Assembly (NCBI RefSeq): GCF_054482525.1
Contig: NZ_CM137006.1
Reading direction: 5' to 3' (one strand)
DNA length: 64,000 nucleotides
The notes under the pieces are model-generated. The model worked only from the letters and a program-made list of their open reading frames with translations, ran no database searches and had not been told where the DNA came from. Shown here piece by piece: positions 8,381 through 18,788 of this stretch. The position numbers were made by a program, and so were the translations under genes. Numbering within the stretch: the first letter of the stretch is position 1; every line of letters starts with the position of its first letter.

Positions 8381-9619
8381 TCAAGAATTTTGGGTGTAAA
8401 TTCGCGGGGTCATAACAACGATTTTTTTATCATTGTTCTGGAGAAGCTCGAGACGGTCTACCCATAGATTAAGAGCATCACGTTTTGCATCAAGATAACG
8501 GGAGTGGTTATAGACTCGTTGCATCCCCGGCATCTGGTGGGCGGTAAGCTGCTCGACAATATGCGGATCCACGCCTAAATCGTTCAGCATGGTTGTAAAT
8601 GTGTGCCGGATATCGTGTAACGTCCAGGGGGCTTGATTAATTCGTCTGTGCGCTGTTCTTCCGTACTCTGCTACCGAAGATTGTCCTTTCAGTTCACCAA
8701 GCAATAAGCCTGTGTGTCTGTTCTGCTCCACCAGTTGCGTGACGAACGGCAAAATGCTTTCCGGTATTGGCCTGAATATGGCGACCTTCGTTTTGCTGTG
8801 CTCCTTCGGTACTGTCCAGAGCATTTCTTTAAAATCCCACTCCTGCACCTCAGAGCGCCTTAGCTCAGTGGTACGGCATCCAAAAACAATCAGGAGGCGA
8901 ATTAGGGCGCTGTAGTATGGCGGGAATATTTTGTCATCCAGGGCGCGGAGTAATTCCCCAAGCTCCTTATTTGTTAGTACGCGCTCGCTCACTTCTGCTT
9001 TTTTTCCCACATCACCGACAACCATATCATCAAGAACGTTGCTGATTGCGTATCGTCGTTTTCGGCAGTACTTAAGCGCCTGTTTGCATACCTGTAGCAA
9101 AAATCCGGCAGATACTGGGCTTCGCTTTGCCATCTGGTCAAAACATGCCAACCAGTGCCGTAGCTCGCATTTTTCCAACGGCAAAGCGCCAATCTGGCTG
9201 ATTATGTGTTTATTGATCCGGCTTTTCAGTGATTCGTAGTCAGTGCGCTTTTCCTTTGCATACGATTCAAGCCAGTAAGTGAGCGCTTCCTTAACTGTCA
9301 CGGGGGCTAACGCATCCTGTACAGCACGATTAAGCTCATAGCGCGGATTTTTCCCCTCAGCCAGCCAGGCGCGACACTGTGCTGCTTTTTCCCTGGCTGC
9401 TTTCAGGCTCAGATCGGGATAATTGCCCAGTCTCAGACGTTCCGGTGATACCTGCCTACCAGTTCCGGCCCTGTAAGTGAAATACCAGGTTAACAGGCCG
9501 CTGGTGGAATGTCTTACGCTAAGATTGCCACCGTCATTAAAAAAGGCGTTTTTTGTGGTTGGTGATCCGCTTAATTTTCGTAAAAGAGTGTCGCTAAGTC
9601 TATGAATTGCGCTGCTCAT
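8381..9619 (-). CDS. int: Tyrosine site-specific integrase (P4-type)
   Basis: 412 aa. C-terminal catalytic motifs HDIRHTF and RVYNHSRY (tyrosine nucleophile context), N-terminal arm-binding region. Confidence 0.85.
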   Translation of the reverse strand: MSSAIHRLSDTLLRKLSGSPTTKNAFFNDGGNLSVRHSTSGLLTWYFTYRAGTGRQVSPERLRLGNYPDLSLKAAREKAAQCRAWLAEGKNPRYELNRAVQDALAPVTVKEALTYWLESYAKEKRTDYESLKSRINKHIISQIGALPLEKCELRHWLACFDQMAKRSPVSAGFLLQVCKQALKYCRKRRYAISNVLDDMVVGDVGKKAEVSERVLTNKELGELLRALDDKIFPPYYSALIRLLIVFGCRTTELRRSEVQEWDFKEMLWTVPKEHSKTKVAIFRPIPESILPFVTQLVEQNRHTGLLLGELKGQSSVAEYGRTAHRRINQAPWTLHDIRHTFTTMLNDLGVDPHIVEQLTAHQMPGMQRVYNHSRYLDAKRDALNLWVDRLELLQNNDKKIVVMTPRIYTQNS

Positions 9620-10023
9620 GTTTCGCGTTTCCGGTCATCAAAATTAACTACACCATTGACTACACCGTGCATCGTACAAGGGCAAACCGTGACGAACAAG
9701 AGCGAACAAGGAAAACAAAATTTTCCTTTATAATCATAGCGATGAATGCACACAAAACACTACCACGAACACCCGCGAACACTAGATGATAAATAACTAT
9801 CATCTATCGTTGGCATCAGCGACATCTGTCACATTCCTGTCAATAGCGTTAACTGCTTCAAATTTTTGATTCATACCTGCCCCCTGGCCCCTGTCAAATG
9901 CTTGACGGCTCGCCCTAATTCTCTAAATTGTATTTCTAGAGTTGGCGAGGTTTTGAACAGCCCCCTCTCTGACCCCGGTTTATTCCATCTTACTTGTATA
10001 AGATTTGCGAAGGATGTCGAAGC

Positions 10024-10248
10024 ATGGAAAAGGGTACTGTTAAGTGGTTCAACAATGCCAAAGGGTTTGGTTTCATCTGCCCTGAAGGCGGCGGCGAAGA
10101 TATTTTCGCTCATTATTCCACCATTCAGATGGATGGTTACAGAACGCTAAAAGCTGGACAATCCGTTCAGTTTGATGTCCACCAGGGGCCAAAAGGCAAT
10201 CACGCCAGTGTTATTGTGCCCGTCGAAGTAGAAGCGGCAGTCGCATAG
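10024..10248 (+). CDS. cspD: Cold-shock-like protein CspD
   Basis: 74 aa starting MEKGTVKWFNNAKGFGFI with cold-shock domain motifs. ORF-track start trimmed to the conserved start. Confidence 0.85.
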   Translation: MEKGTVKWFNNAKGFGFICPEGGGEDIFAHYSTIQMDGYRTLKAGQSVQFDVHQGPKGNHASVIVPVEVEAAVA

Positions 10249-10320
10249 CTCTTCTGTCTCATTGTGTACATCCTAAAGGCAAAATGCCAGCCCGATCGGC
10301 TGGCATTTTTATCTCAAAAA

Positions 10321-12267
10321 TTACTCTCGTGCCAGAGCATCTACTGGATCCAGTCGTGCCGCATTTCGTGCGGGTAACCAGCCAAATAAAATCCCGGTGA
10401 CCGTCGAGCAGAGAAACGCCAGCAGCAGCGCCAACGGTGAAAAACCAATCTCCCAGCCGGGTAAGAAAAGCTGCAAGGTGAAAGCAATTAACAGTGACAG
10501 TGTTATTCCCAACGCGCCACCGACCAGGCAAACCAGTACGGCTTCGATCAGAAACTGTTGCAAAACATCGCTTGCTCGCGCACCTACAGCCATGCGAATG
10601 CCAATTTCCCGCGTCCGCTCGGTCACTGACACCAGCATAATATTCATTACACCAATACCGCCCACCACCAGTGAAATCACCGCCACCAGCGTCAGAAACA
10701 GTTGTAAAGTACGTGTGGTCTTTTCAACGGTTTTCAAGACGCCGTCCATGTTCCAGGTAAAGAAATCCTTCTTACCGTGGCGCAGTAAAAGTAAACGCGT
10801 GAGTTGCTGTTCCGCCTCAGCGCTGTCAAATCCTTCTTTCACCCTGACAGTAATGGAGTTCAGCCACGACTGGCCCATAACTCGCCCGGACATCGTGCTG
10901 TAAGGTAGCCAGACACGCAGCACTTTACTGCTACCAAACATCGACTGTTTTTCTTCCGCCACACCAATGACTCTGGCGGGCATATTGCCGACCAGAATCA
11001 CCTCGCCAACCACATCTGCTTTATGGGGGAAAAGCTGGCGGCGAGTATTACTGTCGAGAACCACGACCTGCGCACGACCGTTCAGCTGCTCCTGATTAAA
11101 GGTGTTCCCTTCACTGAAGGTCATGCCATAGACATTAAAATAATCGCCGCTCACGCCATTGGCACTGGCAGCCACATCAACATTGTTATAACGCAGGCGC
11201 AGGTTTTGCGAGACGGCAGGTGTGGCTGAGGCGACCCACGGTTGTTTTTGGATGGCGATTAAGTCGTCGTACTTCAGCGCCTGCTGATATTGCGGATCGT
11301 CATCGCCAAAATCTTTCCCGGGATAGACATCAATAGTATTCGTACCAATAGAACGAATATCCGCCAGCACCATTTGTTTGGCGGCGTCGCCCACCACGAC
11401 AATGGAAACCACCGACGCAATACCGATAATAATCCCCAGCATGGTCAGTAAAGTACGCATTTTATTCGCTGCCAGCGCCCGCCATGCCATCGTCAGCGCC
11501 TCGTTAAAACCGCTGACAAACTGCCGCCAGCCAGAGGCCGTGTTGACAACAGGTTCCGTCCCGCCAGTAGCATTCACTTTTTCAACGGCGGGAGGATTGC
11601 GCACAATTTCGCCGTCGCGAATTTCGATCACCCGCTCGGCCTGAGCAGCGACCTGCGGATCGTGGGTAACGATAATCACCGTATGCCCGCGATCGCGCAG
11701 CTGATGCAGGATCGCCATCACCTCTTCGCCAGAATGGCTGTCCAGTGCGCCGGTCGGTTCATCGGCAAGAATTACCTGACCGCCGTTCATCAATGCCCGC
11801 GCGATGCTGACGCGCTGTTGCTGACCACCCGAAAGCTGTGCCGGATAATACTCTGTACGGTCTTCCAGCCCCAGTCGTTGCAGCAACTCCTGGGCGCGAA
11901 GCAGCCGCTGTTTCCGCTCAAGACCAGCATAGACGGCGGGTACTTCAACGTTCTGCTCGGCGGTTAAATGCGAAAGCAAATGGTAACGCTGGAAAATAAA
12001 GCCGAAATGCTCGCGGCGTAGTTGCGCCAGCGCATCGGCGTCCAGCGTGGCAACATCCTGACCGGCGACGCGATAGGTGCCGCTGGTGGCCTTATCCAGG
12101 CAGCCGAGAATATTCATCAGGGTCGATTTACCGGAACCCGAAGCGCCGACAATCGCCACCATCTCACCAGCATAAATATCGAGGGTGATGCCCTTCAGCA
12201 CCTCAACCTGCTCATCACCGGCAGGATAGCTGCGACGAATATCCTTTAATTCGAGCAAGGGCGTCAT
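10321..12267 (-). CDS. macB: Macrolide export ABC transporter ATP-binding/permease MacB
   Basis: 648 aa with Walker [18 protein letters not shown] signature and C-terminal FtsX-like permease. Overlaps macA by 4 nt. Confidence 0.9.
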   Translation of the reverse strand: MTPLLELKDIRRSYPAGDEQVEVLKGITLDIYAGEMVAIVGASGSGKSTLMNILGCLDKATSGTYRVAGQDVATLDADALAQLRREHFGFIFQRYHLLSHLTAEQNVEVPAVYAGLERKQRLLRAQELLQRLGLEDRTEYYPAQLSGGQQQRVSIARALMNGGQVILADEPTGALDSHSGEEVMAILHQLRDRGHTVIIVTHDPQVAAQAERVIEIRDGEIVRNPPAVEKVNATGGTEPVVNTASGWRQFVSGFNEALTMAWRALAANKMRTLLTMLGIIIGIASVVSIVVVGDAAKQMVLADIRSIGTNTIDVYPGKDFGDDDPQYQQALKYDDLIAIQKQPWVASATPAVSQNLRLRYNNVDVAASANGVSGDYFNVYGMTFSEGNTFNQEQLNGRAQVVVLDSNTRRQLFPHKADVVGEVILVGNMPARVIGVAEEKQSMFGSSKVLRVWLPYSTMSGRVMGQSWLNSITVRVKEGFDSAEAEQQLTRLLLLRHGKKDFFTWNMDGVLKTVEKTTRTLQLFLTLVAVISLVVGGIGVMNIMLVSVTERTREIGIRMAVGARASDVLQQFLIEAVLVCLVGGALGITLSLLIAFTLQLFLPGWEIGFSPLALLLAFLCSTVTGILFGWLPARNAARLDPVDALARE

Positions 12268-13379
12268 TGTGCAGCTCCTGGTTTGGCCTCACCAATCACC
12301 ACTTCATCGCCCGCTTCCAGCCCTTTGACAATCTCAACATCGGTATCGTTACGTGCGCCAATCGTCACTTCACGCTCGCGTGTTTCACCATTACGCAACA
12401 ATTTGACTTTATAACGATTATCGCCAACCGGATCGCCTAACGCCGACAGAGGGATCGTCAGCACATTTTTCACATCGGTGAGCTGAATATGCACTTGCGC
12501 GGTCATATCCAGCCGCAGCAAACCATTGGGGTTGGGTACTTCAAAACGGGCGTAATAGAAAATAGCGTCGTTAACCTTTTCCGGCGTCGGTAGCACATCC
12601 TTGATTTGCCCCTCATAGCGCGTCAGTGGATCGCCAAGCACCGTAAACCAGGCTTTTTGCCCCGGCTTCAGGTGGATTACATCCGCTTCAGAAACCTGCG
12701 CTTTTACCAGCATGGTGCTCATATCTGCCAGCGTCAGAATGTTCGGTGCTTGTTGTGCGGCAATCACCGTCTGGCCTTGCAGAGTGGTTATTTGCGTGAC
12801 TTCCCCGGCCATCGGGGCAACGATGCGGGTGTAATCGAGATTGGTTTTAGCCGTATCGAGAGAGGCCTGATTGCGCTTGATTTGCGCGTCAATGGTGCCA
12901 ATTTGCGCCTGTTTCACAGCCATCTCCGTCGCGGCGGTATCGAGATCCTGCTGTGAAACCGCCTGCGTTTGTGCAAGACGTTGCTGACGGGAATACGTCA
13001 CCCGCGCCAGTTTCAGCTCCGCTTCCGCCTGCTGCCGCTGCGCGCGTAGCTCCATCAGAGTTGCTTCCACCTCCTTGATCTGGTTTTCAGCCTGTTCAGG
13101 ATCAATAACCCCTAAAAGCTGGTCTTTTTTTACTTTATCGCCAATCGCCACCGACAGCGTTTTCAACTGACCGCTGACCTGCGCGCCCACATCAACCTTA
13201 CGCAGCGCGTCCAGCTTTCCGGTCGCCAGCACGCTTTGCTGTAAATCACCGGGGCGCACAATCAGCGTCTGATAAGTCGGCACGGGTGCGTTAAGAATTC
13301 TCCATAACGTAATCAGCCCGGCGATGACTATCACCAGCGCAATAACGTAACGCTTCTTCACGGTTTTCCGCTTTTTCAT
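12264..13379 (-). CDS. macA: Macrolide efflux membrane fusion protein MacA
   Basis: HlyD-family periplasmic adaptor with coiled-coil region. Start set at MKKRKTVKK (371 aa). Confidence 0.85.
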   Translation of the reverse strand: MKKRKTVKKRYVIALVIVIAGLITLWRILNAPVPTYQTLIVRPGDLQQSVLATGKLDALRKVDVGAQVSGQLKTLSVAIGDKVKKDQLLGVIDPEQAENQIKEVEATLMELRAQRQQAEAELKLARVTYSRQQRLAQTQAVSQQDLDTAATEMAVKQAQIGTIDAQIKRNQASLDTAKTNLDYTRIVAPMAGEVTQITTLQGQTVIAAQQAPNILTLADMSTMLVKAQVSEADVIHLKPGQKAWFTVLGDPLTRYEGQIKDVLPTPEKVNDAIFYYARFEVPNPNGLLRLDMTAQVHIQLTDVKNVLTIPLSALGDPVGDNRYKVKLLRNGETREREVTIGARNDTDVEIVKGLEAGDEVVIGEAKPGAAQ

Positions 13380-13493
13380 AAATATTCTGAATACTCCATA
13401 TGCCAATCCGGGTCATTAACTTCAACGAAATATCAACAAAACCCTAAAATTTACGTTAGTAATCACACTATTGATGTTTGGTTAAGATACGCA

Positions 13494-14486
13494 ATGGTGA
13501 AATCGACGTCATGTATAACCATTGATTTCATGAATATGTCGCAGCTAACTGAACGGACCTTTACGCCATCTGAATCTCTCAGCAGCCTGTCACTTTTTCT
13601 TAGTCTGGCACGTGGACAGTGTCGGCCGGGTAAATTCTGGCATCGCCGTAGTTTTCGCCAGAAATTTTTGCTGCGCTCGTTGATTATGCCGCGTTTAAGC
13701 GTTGAGTGGATGAACGAACTTTCCCACTGGCCTAATCTCAATGTGTTGTTAACGCGCCAGCCGCGACTGCCTGTGCGTCTGCATCGCCCTTACCTTGCGG
13801 CGAATCTTAGCCGTAAGCAATTGCTGGAGGCGTTACGTTACCATTATGCGTTACTCCGCGGGTGTATGTCGGCGGAAGAATTCAGCTTATATTTGAATAC
13901 CCCCGGGCTGCAACTCGCGAAGCTGGAAGGCAAAAACGGCGAGCAGTTCACACTTGAGCTGACCATGATGATCTCAATGGATAAAGAAGGTGACAGCACA
14001 ATCCTGTTCCGCAACAGCGAAGGTATTCCTCTGGCAGAGATCACGTTTACCCTGTGTGAATATCAGGGGAAAAGAACAATGTTTATTGGCGGACTGCAAG
14101 GCGCAAAATGGGAAATTCCACATCAGGAAATCCAGAATGCGACGAAAGCCTGCCACGGGCTATTTCCCAAACGCCTTGTGATGGAAGCGGCCTGTCTGTT
14201 TGCCCAACGTTTGCAGGTAGAGCAGATTATTGCCGTCAGCAATGAAACGCATATTTACCGCAGCCTGCGTTATCGTGATAAAGAAGGCAAGATCCATGCC
14301 GATTACAACGCGTTCTGGGAGTCGGTTGGCGGCGTATGTGATGCTGAACGCCATTACCGCCTTCCGGCACAGATAGCACGAAAAGAGATTGCCGAAATCG
14401 CCAGTAAAAAACGGGCTGAATACCGTCGGCGCTATGAGATGCTCGACGCTATTCAGCCACAAATGGCCACGATGTTTCGCGGTTAA
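13494..14486 (+). CDS. ybjX: DUF535/VirK-like protein YbjX
   Basis: 330 aa in the conserved position between macA and ybjD. Confidence 0.65.
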   Translation: MVKSTSCITIDFMNMSQLTERTFTPSESLSSLSLFLSLARGQCRPGKFWHRRSFRQKFLLRSLIMPRLSVEWMNELSHWPNLNVLLTRQPRLPVRLHRPYLAANLSRKQLLEALRYHYALLRGCMSAEEFSLYLNTPGLQLAKLEGKNGEQFTLELTMMISMDKEGDSTILFRNSEGIPLAEITFTLCEYQGKRTMFIGGLQGAKWEIPHQEIQNATKACHGLFPKRLVMEAACLFAQRLQVEQIIAVSNETHIYRSLRYRDKEGKIHADYNAFWESVGGVCDAERHYRLPAQIARKEIAEIASKKRAEYRRRYEMLDAIQPQMATMFRG

Positions 14487-16141
14487 TCCGCGCGACCGCG
14501 CGCCAGCCACAGCACGCGTGAGAACATTTTTTTCAGCAGCGTCGGTACGGAGTCCACACCACGACGTCCGGCCTCCATTGCCACTTCAATGGCAAGATCG
14601 GGTTTGGAAGAGCGATGGATCGCTTTCGAGATAATTTTGCGCAGATTCATCGGTACATTTTCCGGGATTTGCGCCACGCGGTGGAACACATCGGAAAATC
14701 CCTGGCGATACATAAAATGTTCCATATCCAGCGCCGGTAACGCCGTTAAATGTTCTCGTTCGGCTTCCCGATCATTATTCAACAGGCTGCGTACCGTAGC
14801 GGCATATTTCTTCCCTGCTTCATCGCCATCGACCAGTACATGCCATTCAATCCCCATTCGCCGGGCAAATTTAACCAGTGGCTTTAGCCCGGACTGGGCA
14901 AACTCAATGACCTTGATCCCTTCGGCATCAAAATGATGTCCGCACTGACGCGCCAGTTCATTGATAACCCAGGTTTCCGTTTCCCCTTCCACCAGCAGCC
15001 AACAACGGGCAAACAGCGATGACGGACGGTTAAAACGAATGTGAAAGGATATGCGTCGGCTATCTTCGGTACTCAAGCCACTCGGTCCCAGACGCCAGGC
15101 GGCAACGCGAGAGGACTCACGTACCAGTCGGCAAACATGCTCTACCGGCGTTAACGAAAGCAACTCTCCCGAGTTGGTAGTAGCGATGCGCTGCAATGGC
15201 AGAAGGTTCAACAGATGCCAGGCAACTGAAAGCATAATGGGGTGTAAACGGGTTTCTGGATCTTCAATCAGCAATAATGGACGGGCGTCTTTATCCAGTC
15301 GCAATGTGCCTTTTGCCTGCAACAAAGTAGCAAACAGGCCGAGCAAAATAACCCGATACGAGCGCCCACCAGGTCGGTCAATCATCCGGTTGATGATATC
15401 CAGATAGCGCCAGCTTCGTTGCTCATTGCTGGCTCGCCGCCGCATTAAACGATATCGCGCCTGTCCGGCCCCCTGCTCAGAGAAATAATGCTCAAGCAGC
15501 TGTACCATTGCGGAAAGTCCCTGACGAATCTGTCCATCAGAGAGATTTTGCGGATGTGAGGACAACTCACGGGCGAGGAAATCGAGCTGGCGCGCGGTGA
15601 CTTCCACATTAGGGACATTTGGCACCGTGCCGTTACGAATACGGCGCATAAAACGGGCATCACGCAAGCGCAGCACCGGCATTAAACGCACCAGATGGCG
15701 TGCCTGATCGTTAATATCCTCGACATCAATCGGATGTCCGTCTTTATCGAGAAAACTGCGCAGTGTCATCACGCTGCCGTCTTCCGCACTCTCCCCTTCC
15801 AGACGATAAAAAATACGGTGATAGCCATCGGTGCATGGCGTCCAGCACGCTTCCAGCGGCCGATAGCGGCGTACCCGATGTCGGCCTGGCAGCGATTCGC
15901 GGAAGGTCAAAATAATATGCAGATGATGTTCTCGCCCGTTGATATCTCCCGGCGGGAACCAGAAATCGTCGCGCTCAAAATGGTAGAGATCTGATTCTGG
16001 CGATAGCAGCAGGGTTAAGGCGTCCAGCAAGCTGGATTTACCCCACGCGTTCTCCCCAATCAGGACGTTGTTTTGTTCCAGCATCAACGACAAACGGTTG
16101 ATACCGCGAAAACCCACAATTTCAACGCGCTCAAGAATCAT
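14483..16141 (-). CDS. ybjD: OLD-family ATP-dependent nuclease-like protein YbjD (AAA ATPase plus Toprim)
   Basis: 552 aa with N-terminal P-loop GENAWGKSSLLDA and conserved synteny. Confidence 0.75.
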   Translation of the reverse strand: MILERVEIVGFRGINRLSLMLEQNNVLIGENAWGKSSLLDALTLLLSPESDLYHFERDDFWFPPGDINGREHHLHIILTFRESLPGRHRVRRYRPLEACWTPCTDGYHRIFYRLEGESAEDGSVMTLRSFLDKDGHPIDVEDINDQARHLVRLMPVLRLRDARFMRRIRNGTVPNVPNVEVTARQLDFLARELSSHPQNLSDGQIRQGLSAMVQLLEHYFSEQGAGQARYRLMRRRASNEQRSWRYLDIINRMIDRPGGRSYRVILLGLFATLLQAKGTLRLDKDARPLLLIEDPETRLHPIMLSVAWHLLNLLPLQRIATTNSGELLSLTPVEHVCRLVRESSRVAAWRLGPSGLSTEDSRRISFHIRFNRPSSLFARCWLLVEGETETWVINELARQCGHHFDAEGIKVIEFAQSGLKPLVKFARRMGIEWHVLVDGDEAGKKYAATVRSLLNNDREAEREHLTALPALDMEHFMYRQGFSDVFHRVAQIPENVPMNLRKIISKAIHRSSKPDLAIEVAMEAGRRGVDSVPTLLKKMFSRVLWLARGRAD

Positions 16142-16566
16142 ATCCCCTCCAGAAATATGTGACTTATCCTTTACGCTGGCAGTATAACGGGAAAGGCCAT
16201 GCTAATACGTGATGACATCACATTTAAGCATGGCAAATGTCTGAAAAATGAGCGAATAATCGCGTTATACTCCCTCTTGCTGATAAGCCTGCAAAAACAA
16301 CAAAATCAAATAATTAGCATGATAAATTATTTTTTATTACGCCTAAAGGATTAAATCTTTTGCTTGCACTACACTGTCAATCAGACAAATGACTATATGG
16401 GGCAACCCGCTGTTGCCCTAAATCAAATTTACTGGATTTATTTATCTGGTGAATGACTCGCCTTCGTTTTTAAAATAGCCGCGCATTATTTCCGTCGTCA
16501 CTTTTTTACGACGACCCTATAAAACGACCATATTTTTCACAGGGTCAATTTTTAATTGAGGTGGAT

Positions 16567-17262
16567 ATGTTCAGAAAATTAGCAGCTGAATGTTTTGGTA
16601 CTTTCTGGCTTGTTTTTGGTGGCTGTGGTAGTGCCGTACTGGCCGCAGGCTTCCCGGAATTAGGCATTGGTTTTGCCGGCGTGGCGTTGGCGTTCGGTCT
16701 GACCGTTCTGACGATGGCCTTTGCTGTTGGTCACATTTCTGGTGGTCATTTTAACCCGGCGGTCACTATTGGTTTATGGGCTGGCGGACGTTTCCCGGCA
16801 AAAGAAGTCGTTGGCTACGTAATTGCCCAGGTTGTCGGCGGTATTGTTGCGGCGGCGCTGCTGTATTTAATTGCCAGTGGTAAAACGGGTTTTGACGCGG
16901 CAGCCAGCGGTTTTGCTTCTAACGGTTATGGCGAGCATTCGCCAGGCGGTTATTCCATGCTTTCCGCGCTGGTAGTTGAACTGGTATTGAGTGCAGGTTT
17001 CCTGCTGGTGATCCACGGCGCAACCGACAAATTCGCTCCTGCTGGTTTTGCGCCGATCGCTATTGGTCTGGCCTTAACCCTGATTCACTTAATCAGTATT
17101 CCGGTGACTAACACTTCTGTTAACCCGGCGCGCAGCACCGCGGTTGCTATCTTCCAGGGCGGCTGGGCATTAGAACAACTATGGTTCTTCTGGGTGGTGC
17201 CAATTGTCGGCGGCATTATCGGTGGTCTGATTTACCGGACTCTACTGGAAAAACGTAATTAA
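16567..17262 (+). CDS. aqpZ: Aquaporin Z
   Basis: 231 aa starting [13 protein letters not shown] with both NPA motifs (HFNPAVT and VNPARS). Confidence 0.9.
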   Translation: MFRKLAAECFGTFWLVFGGCGSAVLAAGFPELGIGFAGVALAFGLTVLTMAFAVGHISGGHFNPAVTIGLWAGGRFPAKEVVGYVIAQVVGGIVAAALLYLIASGKTGFDAAASGFASNGYGEHSPGGYSMLSALVVELVLSAGFLLVIHGATDKFAPAGFAPIAIGLALTLIHLISIPVTNTSVNPARSTAVAIFQGGWALEQLWFFWVVPIVGGIIGGLIYRTLLEKRN

Positions 17263-17272
17263 TTAACGCAGA

Positions 17273-17300
17273 AGGCCTGGCGCAATGTCAGGCCTTTTTT
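17273..17300 (+). terminator. Rho-independent terminator of aqpZ
   Basis: Hairpin GGCCTG-gcgcaatgtca-GGCC followed by TTTTTT. Confidence 0.6.
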
Positions 17301-17745
17301 AAATATATTGATTCATCTTCCTGTTGCGCTCCTTGATGTGTTAAGCCACATATAGTCACTGGCGCAGGGAGCGCGCAGGGGGCGGCCAATCGCCGCCGCC
17401 CCCTGCACCCCCGGGCTCTGGCGAACAAAATCGCCGCTGCGCGGTGCCCTCGACTTATCCCTTGCGGCTACCGGGTCGGGCGCGAGGTAACATCCCTGTA
17501 AAACGCGCCCTCAGCCCACATCCATGTGGGCTGCCCCGGCCTTCAGGGAACGCCTCGGCGATTTTGACGCCACCAACACCGGTGCGGTTTGTAATTAAAG
17601 CGCAAGAATATCTTTAAATGAAAATGAATACCCTACCGATCCTTATGCATAACATTTCCTTTTAATTGCAACTTTACTCGTCCTTCCGCTTTCAGTAGTG
17701 TGTCATCGCGCATTTCGACTTCATCTTTGCAAGGACTGGGTTTTC

Positions 17746-18645
17746 ATGTTTTCTGGGCTGTTAATCATTCTGGTTCCCCTGATTGTGGGTTACCTCATTC
17801 CGCTTCGCCAAAAAGCTGCATTAAAAGTTATTAATCAGCTCTTAAGCTGGATGGTTTACCTTATTCTCTTTTTTATGGGTATCAGTCTGGCGTTTCTCGA
17901 TAACCTCGCCAGTAACCTGTTGGCAATTCTGCATTATTCCGCCGTCAGCATTACCATTATTTTACTCTGCAATATTATTGCGTTGTTGTGGCTGGAGCGC
18001 GGTCTGCCGTGGCGCAACCACTACCAGCAAGAAAAACTCCCGTCGCGTATTGCGATGGCGCTGGAGTCGCTAAAACTGTGCGGCGTAGTAGTGATTGGTT
18101 TTGCCATTGGCCTGAGTGGACTGGCTTTCTTACAACATGCGACCGAAGCCAGTGAATACACCTTAATTCTGCTACTTTTCCTCGTCGGTATTCAGTTGCG
18201 CAATAATGGCATGACCTTAAAGCAGATTGTCCTTAATCGCCGGGGAATGATTGTCGCCGTGGTGGTGGTTGCCAGTTCATTAATTGGTGGTTTAATTAAC
18301 GCCTTTATTCTTGATCTTCCCATCAATACCGCGCTGGCAATGGCCTCTGGTTTCGGCTGGTATTCTCTTTCCGGTATTTTATTGACCGAATCTTTTGGTC
18401 CGGTAATCGGGAGCGCGGCATTTTTTAATGATCTGGCCCGTGAGCTGATTGCAATTATGTTGATCCCTGGGCTGATTCGCCGCAGCCGCTCTACCGCACT
18501 GGGCTTATGCGGTGCGACGTCGATGGATTTCACCCTGCCCGTTCTTCAACGTACTGGCGGGCTGGATATGGTCCCGGCGGCAATTGTTCACGGTTTTATT
18601 CTTAGCCTGTTAGTGCCGATCCTCATCGCCTTTTTCTCTGCGTAA
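17746..18645 (+). CDS. lysO: Lysine exporter LysO (YbjE)
   Basis: 299-aa polytopic membrane protein starting MFSGLLIILVPLIVGYL. Synteny. Confidence 0.75.
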   Translation: MFSGLLIILVPLIVGYLIPLRQKAALKVINQLLSWMVYLILFFMGISLAFLDNLASNLLAILHYSAVSITIILLCNIIALLWLERGLPWRNHYQQEKLPSRIAMALESLKLCGVVVIGFAIGLSGLAFLQHATEASEYTLILLLFLVGIQLRNNGMTLKQIVLNRRGMIVAVVVVASSLIGGLINAFILDLPINTALAMASGFGWYSLSGILLTESFGPVIGSAAFFNDLARELIAIMLIPGLIRRSRSTALGLCGATSMDFTLPVLQRTGGLDMVPAAIVHGFILSLLVPILIAFFSA

Positions 18646-18788
18646 TACCTCTCTGGCGGTAGATCCCTGCCGCCAAAATTGCGCTAAATCAATCTCCCTT
18701 AAAGTTGCATGAAAAATCCCTTTTATCCCTGCGTTAAGCGTCTTAACCTTAAACATGTATATTAAATATAACTTTAAAAGGTGTGATC

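Larger units (their letters stand above)
1..9800. mobile_element. Integrated P4-like / PICI-like phage satellite (partial; left part lies outside the window, right boundary near cspD not resolved)
   Basis: Contiguous minus-strand module of tyrosine integrase, AlpA/Vis regulator, SF3 helicase/primase-family replication protein with adjacent iteron origin, SSB, protease-capsid fusion and terminase-small-like gene. In K-12 cspD is followed by clpS, so this block is an insertion. Boundary coordinates are approximate. Confidence 0.65.

Noticed and set aside
9620-10023. tRNA gene as the satellite attachment site
   Set aside because: No tRNA-like 3' end (GGTTCGAATCC...CCA type) was found between the integrase and cspD; the att core remains unidentified.
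10397-12249. Several 60-170-aa ORFs antisense to macB (for example 10397..10903 and 11662..11967)
   Set aside because: They lie entirely within and opposite a strongly supported ABC transporter gene and have the biased composition typical of antisense frames in GC-rich coding DNA.
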